A DNA stretch of 64,000 nucleotides from assembly GCA_000320545.1 (NCBI GenBank), contig ADNK01001814.1:61076-125075 (forward strand), given 5' to 3'. The notes below the pieces were generated by a model that saw nothing but the letters and a program-made list of their open reading frames with translations, did not search any database and was not told the origin of the DNA. The position numbers and the translations under genes were made by a program. The DNA is from Bigelowiella natans CCMP2755 (taxonomy: Eukaryota > Protista > Cercozoa). This document shows positions 16,001 to 24,727 of the stretch, piece after piece (positions within the stretch are counted from its first letter, which is position 1; every line of letters begins with the position of its first letter).

Positions 16001-18649
16001 TATACATTTCATAACATCGGACGTAGTAGACCTGATCGTTGCTGCACAATGAGGAACCCCTCTTGCTCGATGTTGTTGCGCTGTGCTATTTTGGAAAGAA
16101 CGGCGTTTATCTTCAACTCGAGCAGCTTGCGGCCGAAGCTGGAGAGGTAACACACACAATACCCATGCATTCACTAAAATCAGTAGATATATCTTTCATC
16201 TTGCGCTCCCGGTACACGCGTAAGCAGGCATGATTGAATGCAAAGCGGGGCTCATAGATCGACCTCACACCCCCATTTCCAGAGGCAAGATGATGCAGCG
16301 TCTCGCAGGTAGAAACCATGGTCTCCTTCTCAAGATGGTTTTTGAGCGACGATAGCAGCCCGTCGGCATCGTTGAGCCTGGTGGGTATTATTTGTGTGTA
16401 GGTTGCAAGCACATATGTTGGTAAGGATCTTTCTGTTTCTCTCTCGCTCTCTCCTTGTTTCTCTTCCTTAGGAGATCCACCTTTCTCCCAGCATTCTCTT
16501 CATATCGTCGTTCAAAGCCATCTTCTGGAGAAACCTACACGTTAACAGCATCGGCCACTATTATTGGTGCTCGGCCCGACAGGCGAGCGCTTCTTCACTC
16601 AATTCACTGTAATTCATTCCATGTATTCGAATTCGATGGATTTGTGCCTAAGCATCCATCAAGCAAACTAATGGCCATGTGCTGTAATAACTAGTATCTT
16701 CGATGATAATGATGATGATGATGACGATACCCATTGATTAGGCGACGAAGATGCTCGTTGTATCTGATCAGGGTGAATACACACAAACACAAAGGCATCC
16801 ACTAAGATCTAAGAAAGAGGGGGGGGAGAGAGAGGGAGAAAGAAATATTTTAACGAAACTGAAGCTCGCCACCACCGCAAAATATGTCGCAAACTTTACA
16901 TATGTATGACTAAGATATATACAGATACTCTGCATTCGAAACATAAATGACAAGTACGGGTTGAGCCTATGAATCCGCTTTATAACGTCTAATATGCCGG
17001 ATTCGATCATCTCTTCACAAGACACCTGTGGATGTTCGCAACACGGAATTAGTGGCGAGAACAACACAAGTACCATCGTATCTTAGCATCTTATCTCCCT
17101 CCCCCACATACACACAGAAACTTGGTTTCGAAATAACGGATGATTTCGAATGCATTTTATTTATTGTGTTTGACTCTTTACATGTAATATCTTTTTAAAG
17201 AACAAATTAGTTGTCTAAACTGGCGTAAAAATGTCAGTAACCTCATCAACACAAAGATTTGTCAAACACGTCAGAGAATAGCTAATCATCTTTCCAAACT
17301 TGGGCCTCACGCTCATATCCTATAGGCACATAGGCACACTCTTAGTTTATGCAGTGCAGTATGTTGTATTAGATGATGCAGATAGAACAGTATTCGCGGT
17401 CTACTATAATAAATCTCTTCGCTAGTGTCAAATTCAAAGCAACACTCGGATGTTGTTAAATAGTCGAGCGTGAGAAACTTTTTGGACTTTTTTTTAAATT
17501 CTCCAATTTCTTACTGCATCAACATATAAATGGCTCTTGCTGGCACCTTCATCATCTGTTTGATGATGTTCTTGTTACGTGAGATGTACTTGGCCTTTTT
17601 GCGGTTGCGTGTGCGCTTTTGAAGCTGGGCTAGAAAGCTGATCTTCCCTACGAGCGATTTTAACAAAGTGGGAGGTCAGGTTGTACTCGATCATCGGCAA
17701 AACTACAGCCTTTACACATTGAAAACAAAGGAAACATCAGAAGTAACAATAAACTACACTATTTACCCTTTTCTGTCTTCTGGTCCTGATATGTATCTGA
17801 GAATTTCTTCTCTTCAGCCACTGATATCAAAGGATGGGGGGGGGGGGGGGAAGGGTGGTTGGGGAAGGAAGGGTACTCAGTTTCAAAGATGCGTATGCCA
17901 TATCCATCAAAGAGTTCCATGCACAGGCGTGTGTGCACTTCAAGGTTTAGCATGCATGTTCGATTCCAACCAGTTACAACCTTGTGCTGTCAATATTGCA
18001 CTGGTGTTTCGACGAGGTCGTTGTTGCTTGAATTTGGACCTATAATATCATATATCTCCTCAAGCATTCTCGTCTGTTTTTCACCACATCCCGGACTATA
18101 TCATCTGTCTGTTGAACCGGCTTCTCGATGGTCGTTCTATCTACCATAGGCCATAATTCGAAGCTGTGTTTTCCCGGGCTGGCTCGTATCATCAACAACA
18201 CCACCACCGCCGCCATACAATGCACCGGAAATAGCAACCTTGTATAGGATGTCTTCCGGTCAGCCTAATGCCACAGATATACTCATCAGCGTTTTTAATC
18301 GTTATTTGGAAGGAGGAAAAGTCTATTGGGTTCTAATCAAACACGTACGACTAGGACCTTTGGAATGGTGGACATGGTGAGCAATCAGGCGTCCCGAGTT
18401 AACCACTTGGAGGGGAGGCGGGCAGTTTTCTATTTTTCGTTTCTTTTGAAATTTGTTTCGAGTGCTCAAGGAGAAGCGCACCTCGCGAGCAACAAGCTGC
18501 TGCACACGCATCAACTCGCTCGAAAGGGGAAAAAAAAAGAAGGGCATCTGAGGAATTTTCGAGATGTGATGGAGAATCTCTGGGAAAATCCAAATTACAA
18601 GCGAAACTTTATACCGGATATTTCGAAGATGCTCAGACTGTTTTGACAT
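1..18649 (-). CDS. Giant multi-exon armadillo/HEAT-like helical-repeat protein (3' end beyond window start; could be more than one gene)
   Basis: Probable ATG at 18649 (MSKQSEHLRNIRYK). Dozens of short GT-AG-bounded minus-strand exons translate to amphipathic ARM-like helices, e.g. DMSVRPKFGKMISYSLTCLTNLCVDE, VSCEEMIESGILDVIKRIHRLNPY, GAMNLHPQHTLLLKRATEILAILSKL, AEKALDVLVALSKTDDLIAHIIGK, EAIIKFGLHKEIAAVV, LARNAIKEHYKDASFLLKIMTFLSNLFLQ (~283-369). Exon structure not fully resolved. Confidence 0.7.
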
Positions 18650-18833
18650 TTTGCCTTACAACATACATGTATATCTGCAAAAATAGTTGGGATTATAATG
18701 TTTGATAGTTTAGGAATGAATAAAATTCTAAAACTGCGATTCAGGAGAATTTTTAGCTAATTTTCTATCGGAAATATCACCGACAATTGTCGATATTTGT
18801 ACGGCGCCGTCCCCATCCCTGCCGCCGTTGGCC

Positions 18834-20088
18834 ATGGCCGAGGAAAAGAAGCGGAAGCTCAAAGTGCTCTGTCTACATGGCAGTGGCACGAATAAGGAGT
18901 TCATCAACTTTCTACAGATGTCTATGAGCTGTCTGAGGACTCTGGTAGCAATCTAGCCTCTCATCTTGTTGTTGATTAAGCGAATGGTTACGTTTCGTTT
19001 CTAGTGTGAATGGCACTACATGGACGGCATCGTGGAGGCGGACCCCTTCCCTTCGATAAAGCCTTTTCTCAAGCTTATAAAACAAGACACCTTCTTCAGT
19101 TGGCTCAAGTAAGAGGAAATCGGTGCTATTCTAGGGCTTAGAGGGAGGAGGCGGTGGTTGTACGTTGAGTTGTAGTTGATTAACTCTTTCGAGTGTGGCA
19201 GAGCGTCGAGGATCGAGGTCGATTTGGAAGACTTCCTCTATATATCGTAAACTGAGTGTACAATGCGCGTGTGCGCTTTTGCGTTGGCTTAGGAAGTCGG
19301 AGGATGGGACAAAATACACGGGATTCGATGAGGCGTGCGAGGTTGGTTGCTGCTGCATCATATCTTTCTTGTTATTCTCCAACTTGTAGATAGAGCTGTT
19401 GGGCATGTGATAAACGATTGTGCTACACTGGTATTTGTCGAAAGCGTTGTTGTATCCCTCGCCAGGCAGCTATTACTGAGGCGAAACGGTTGGACGCGGA
19501 TCTTCTACTGGGGTTTTCGCAGGGATCCAGTAACATCGAAAAATGAAACACTGACGATGAAAATCTGACATAACGCAAAAATAAAGCGTGTAATGCGTAT
19601 GGCACGAGCATGAATTCGAAATGGCGACATATGTGTAGATTCATGCATTTTATATTACGATGTAGTCGTCGCGTCTTTGGTTGGACAACAGCTCTTCTCT
19701 GATGGAAAGCTCAAGGGAGTGGTGAGATCAGACAAATAGTCTCTTTACGAATACTACTGTAAGGCTACATTCACCGATGAGATTAAGGGATTAGTTTGTA
19801 GGAAGTATCGGCGATAAAAAGTATTGCACATTTCCACATACATATTATACATATAGCAGCGGTGTTGTCCGTAATTAATGCGAAGGGCGTGTCAATAATA
19901 CGTGGAAGTTACAAGCACACAGTTGCGCTTGGAAATGTTATACCACAGATAATGCAGGTGTAAAATTATACGATGCACGTCCCCTTATTTGGTTTCTCCC
20001 TTCTCTTAGATTAGCGTCTGCGGAGTTGATCCAAAGAGGGATGGGGACAAGTAATATTCGAGGAGCCAGCCTACCGCATTTGAAAAAT

Positions 20089-20165
<77 letters not shown>

Positions 20166-20200
20166 CCGCCACCCCATCTGTCTGTCTGGTCATCATCCTT

Positions 20201-20244
<44 letters not shown>

Positions 20245-20440
20245 CCGCCACCCCATCTGTCTGTCTGGTCATCATCCTTTCTCTCTTTCTCTCTCTCTCT
20301 CTCTCTGTACAATCATGCACGACCGTGAATTGAAACAGTGATGTGTACAATTAGATTGACGCTGCCGTCATTTCATATTATTGGCAAGGTCAATTTTTTG
20401 GCGTGAATCTACAATTGTGTCTTTTGTCTTGTATTCTTGG

Positions 20441-20488
<48 letters not shown>

Positions 20489-21048
20489 GTCTGTATGTGT
20501 ACGTGCGTAGAAGTTTGTGCGTGCTTTATTGCTGGATCTTCGTAAATATTCGTCTTATTCGTCGTGAACATTCATCGCAATACTTCCATAATATCGAATG
20601 GTGCAGACGGACTCTCTACGGGAAAGATCCATCAAGCTCTATGATACATTCTCAGGAACCAAAGAGGTTATACGCGCTACTTTGCATGAAACCTCATGCT
20701 GTACTTCCCTCGCATTCATTTCGATTAGTAACTTCGAATGAGCATAGAAAGTCTAAATCATTGATGATGATGCCAGAGATGATATTTTTACCAACTTGCT
20801 ACTAACAATCCCCGTGATAGTCTATACACACAAATTTTCCAAATAATGCCCCTTTGTGGGTTGTTCAACCGATCTGAAATTATAAAGCATCGATCGAAGC
20901 CCGCATTGTTCTTCCCATAATCGTTGGCTTTTCTTTGTGCATTTTATGGTTGTTACAGCTTGTTGAGCACGAGGCAGGCCACAAATTTCCATCTTCAAAA
21001 GAAACGGACATTGCAAAAAAATTAAAGAAATTTCTAGACGGTTTGTAG
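18834..21048 (+). CDS. FSH1/OVCA2-family serine hydrolase (multi-exon)
   Basis: MAEEKKRKLKVLCLHGSGTN (family N-terminal motif). LLLGFSQG nucleophile elbow at ~19500-19525, LTLPSFHIIGK at ~20355, and final exon LVEHEAGHKFP...DGL* carrying the catalytic His. Stop TAG at 21046-21048. Confidence 0.88.
20162..20287. repeat. ~45-bp duplicated unit embedded between (CT)n runs in an intron
   Basis: tcgcccgccaccccatctgtctgtctggtcatcatcctttctct occurs at 20162 and 20241. Confidence 0.9.
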
Positions 21049-22445
21049 CCAAACGAAACTGGCTAGTTGTTGCTCGTCGATCTATCTGATTGCACTTCTA
21101 GCTGCCTCACTCTCGATGCATTGAAATCAATTGGAGTAATTGTACATCTCACAAAGTTCAACATGTTTAGAAATTTCGCACATCCTCGTCATGTGACTCA
21201 CATGCATTCTATTCATTTGTTCTTGTGCATGGCGTAGATGTTAATGATTTGCGTTGCAGCGTGTTCGCAGTGAGCGCAACACTCATTTTGTCATGCATGC
21301 TGTCGGCGAACACGTTTGTGGCATCCACACGCTCAACAGGCATGCGCACTTGTGCGCCAATTTGGCAATCTCACGTTGGTGTCAAATGGGCAAGCAATGC
21401 TGCTGACATGCGCAGGTGCATGCTAGCATGCGCATGTGGGCTAGCACTAGTAGCAGGCCAAAATTGCGCAACGTGTGGCCTAAATTAGTGAAAGTTGGTG
21501 CACTCATGCAAGCTAGCAAGGGATGCATTGATGTCTTCTCTAGGTCTGGACATCACACATTGCACATGCCATCACTGTGTCCATTGTGGACAGCGACATG
21601 ATGTCAATTTTGACTTTTGCATGCCGCAGACTGCAGTGTTCGAACGAAGCGGTGGCGTGGCAATGACAGCACGTTCTAGCATTGTGGTGCTCACCACCGG
21701 CCTCCCTAATCCCTAATGATCACCAAAGATCATGGACATGCGCAATGTGATGTGCACACATGCGCAATGATGCTGGAATGCGATGTGTGCATGCTGGCAT
21801 GACACACATCACACTACTGTGTCCATTGCAAAGTCACTTTTGAGACCAGCAGAGTGACGGATCGATTTTTTAGCTGCAGGAAAGTCGCGATCTTCTGACT
21901 CATGTGAAAGAGGAGGTGTCTCCAATGAGTGAACGAGTGAAGACATGCTCACTAGCTTGGGGTTGCGAGAAAAAGAACGTCAAGCAGAGAGAGATGTTCA
22001 AGCGATTGCAATTCCGATGAATGAACGAATGAACGAGTGCATAAGGAACTTCCACAGGAGCGCTGGAGCGGTTGAAAAGGCCAGAGCTAGAGAGGGCTGG
22101 AGGGTCACAAGTCGCGCTGCTGACTCATCTGTGCGTGACTTCCTCAATCAACCAGGCTAGCATGATGGTCAGGTTCATGTTGTCACGTCAATGAACGAAC
22201 TGAACGCAGACACAGCAATGATGCACACGTTGTGCAATGCTGATGAAGCAATTCAACAGAAGTTGTCCATCGTCAAGCACACAACTAACAAGCGCAATGC
22301 TGGAATGCATCAACCACTCTGGCACTCGCTGAAGTGAGGGTTCACTTGCAGCGCAAAGCCGATGCACGCGTGACTGGGTGAACTAGTGAAGGTCTTGCTG
22401 GCTAGCTGGCTAGCTGGGTTGCTTGGTGTGTGTGTTCAGGTCGAG

Positions 22446-22487
<42 letters not shown>

Positions 22488-22647
22488 GCGTGCGTGAGAC
22501 GTGCACAACTAGACAATGCACGTGTTTTGCAGGGCAGGCGCCACCACCTCAACCTCTCGACAAGGCACACAACGGACGCGTGACGTGGTGACCTCTCGTT
22601 CACTGTTGACTGCTTGCCACTTCGGCACTGCTGGACGGATGTTCTCT

Positions 22648-23020
22648 GTTCGAGGCACTGCATTTTGCACACTGCAAGTGTCTTGCAACACTTTGGAAAT
22701 GCAGTTCTTCATCATTGTTTCATTGTTTCATTGTTTCTCTGGACCTGGCTGGGCTCGAGGCCCCAGAGGACAACCAAACAACAACTGAACATCTCCGACA
22801 TGCAGACCACAAATGCATTCTGTTGTGGAGAACACAATGACGGTGCACGAGAAATGGTGATTGTGTGACGTGCCAATCATTGGAAGTGGGTTCAGATCCG
22901 TGCGCACAGCATGCGTTGAGACCCAATGACCAATGAACAATGAACGATGAACAATGATGATGAACCACACTTCCAAAATGTGGCAAGACATTTGCAGAAA
23001 CGAAACGCAGTGCCTCGAAC
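22648..23020. mobile_element. MITE/foldback-like element with ~90-bp imperfect terminal inverted repeats
   Basis: 22648-22737 (gttcgaggcactgcattttg...cattgtttc) is the imperfect reverse complement of ~22931-23020 (caatgaacaatg...cgaaacgcagtgcctcgaac). Related fragments lie at 45888-46325. Confidence 0.75.
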
Positions 23021-23324
23021 TGACTTCAGTGAGGACCAACTAGCCAAGGGTTTCTCACCCCCCGGGAATCCCGGCAGGGATGCGCGGACTTTCAGGGTGT
23101 GCCTCATTTCGGCGGCAGCCGAAAACATTTTTAGGATTTGAACCAAAAACGAAGATTTCCTTGTGAAAAATCGAATTTCATGTGTGAACATCCATGGATT
23201 TCCATGGATTTCTTTGGCCGAAATTGACGTGAAATCTCTGGTGACGCTCGCAACTTTTTTTCACACGAGCTCATTGGGGCCAACCCCAGCACACCACACC
23301 AACCTTCCTTGCCCTCTTTCCCTC

Positions 23325-23642
23325 ATGTCAAATTCAGAGAATTTTGTGTTGAAGAACGGGAGTCATGTGAGGGTGCATCATGAACACAACGGGGTCGCAG
23401 TTGCACACGACAGTGTGATTTCTCTGCCAAAGTGCGGTTGGGGTCATGTGACGAGGAGGCTGGACGGGAAGACATGTCCTTGGGGAGAACTTGAGGCAAC
23501 GTTCTCGGTTGCCAAGGACGAATGGCGTCACAGCAGGAGAAGCTGCAAGGAGGATGGTTTGAAGGATGTGTGCCAGTCATGCCTGTGTGCTGACCACACA
23601 GATGCATGTGCAGATCCGGAACACACAACCCTCCAGAGCTAG
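23325..23642 (+). pseudogene. Relic coding sequence with Tyr codons apparently converted to His/Cys
   Basis: ATG-initiated 105-codon frame MSNSENFVLKNGSHVRVHHEHNG...KCGWGHVTRRLDGKTCPWGE. It has no Tyr, excess His/Cys at aromatic-like positions, and lies inside the TIR element. Confidence 0.45.
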
Positions 23643-23682
23643 CATCGCAGTGTTTGATTGCATGTTCACACACAACACACAC

Positions 23683-23719
<37 letters not shown>

Positions 23720-23730
23720 CGTGCACACAC

Positions 23731-23804
<74 letters not shown>

Positions 23805-23967
23805 CACACACACACGCACACACCATGCACGTGTGCATCGTGGCTCACCTTTTCTTCGTTCATCACTCGCTGTCGAATTTGAACGTGTCATTTTGAAACT
23901 GTGAATCGTTTCAGAAAAAATGTGCCAATTTTGACCAGTGAAAAATGAACTGGTGAGCCCGCCTAGC

Positions 23968-24037
23968 CGCTGCGCCGCGCTGCGCCTCGCTGCGCCTCGC
24001 TGCGCCTCGCTGCGCCTCGCTGCGCCTCGCTGCGCCT
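23968..24037. repeat. 10-bp tandem minisatellite (CGCTGCGCCT) x ~7
   Basis: Read directly; head-to-tail copies with no spacers. Confidence 0.95.
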
Positions 24038-24727
24038 GCCACAAACTGCAAAAAATTGTGCCTGCGCGCGCATTTTTGCTCCGGAAATGTTCAATTTTGT
24101 GTTTTGAGTTGTGAAAATTTGAGAGAAGAAAGATCTTTTTGCACCTGTCACTTTGGCATGGTTTTTGTGGAAGGAGGCGAAGTCAGGGGCGTTTCCGGAG
24201 CACTCAAAGTTTGTGCCCTGCCCACTTTCGATTTTCCAAAAAACATTTTTTTTTGCTTCCCTGAGGGTCCTGGGGCCCTCACATGGTCCACAGGGGTCAT
24301 GTGTGAAAGTTTGGAGTGGAATCCGCGCATGCCTGCCGGGATTCCAGGGGAGTGAGAAACCCTTGCAACTAGCAAAACCAAAAGGAATCAAGAAACGGCA
24401 TTCTGGCCATTCCTCCATTCCTAGTTTCACTGTCTCAGGCCCGATCTTTGCCAACTTTGGGACCCAAAAAAGTTCGAAAACAAGTCATTTTTCACATAGA
24501 TGGCAAAAAAGCCAGGACAAATTCATCACAGAGCGCGGAATTTCGCTGTGGAGATGGCATTTTGAAGATGTTCCAAATGATTGCCCTGCATTTGTGATTA
24601 CGTTGGTACATTGGTGGATTTCCCGGTATTCTCCCGGTATTTTCCCGATTTTACCGGACCCTTCAACCACCTGATCCACCCTCACGGACAGGGATAGAAT
24701 AGGGGGAAGGAGGCCACCTTGTTCACC

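Larger units (their letters stand above)
23045..24365. mobile_element. Non-autonomous TIR element (~1.3 kb) with 44-bp TIRs, carrying a relic ORF
   Basis: 23045-23088 caagggtttctcaccccccgggaatcccggcagggatgcgcgga matches the reverse complement of 24322-24365 at 41/44 positions. No transposase recognisable inside. Confidence 0.75.
21150..24590. other. TpA-depleted intergenic tract A (putative A-to-G hypermutated DNA containing transposon relics)
   Basis: Manual count over 21601-24480 (2880 bp): 20 TA dinucleotides, 13 of them in CTAG. ORF-track translations lying within 21225-24454 contain no Tyr. Confidence 0.92.

Noticed and set aside
17300-18330. Apparent in-frame stops suggesting an alternative genetic code
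   Set aside because: They are resolved by short GT-AG introns and frame choice. Long exons elsewhere (IWS1, arginine kinase, lipase) read cleanly in the standard code.
19938-20571. ORFs with RERERE/LSLSLS/YIYIYI/CVCVCV runs here and throughout the window
   Set aside because: They are translations of intronic (GA)n, (TA)n and (GT)n microsatellites.
23968-24037. Possible CRISPR-like array
   Set aside because: 10-bp head-to-tail repeats with no spacers in a eukaryotic context; a simple minisatellite.
21225-24454. Dense overlapping Cys/His-rich ORFs in all six frames (also at 27.6-28.4, 31.0-31.8, 41.5-43.0 and 45.0-46.5 kb)
   Set aside because: They are a by-product of TA loss, which removes TAA/TAG stops and Tyr codons. 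No family motifs are present, so they are not called as genes or metal-binding proteins.
21150-24590. CpG methylation decay or fungal-type RIP as the cause of TG/CA excess
   Set aside because: CG remains common, TA is the depleted dinucleotide, and repeat arms pair TA with TG/CA. C-to-T processes would increase TA, not remove it.
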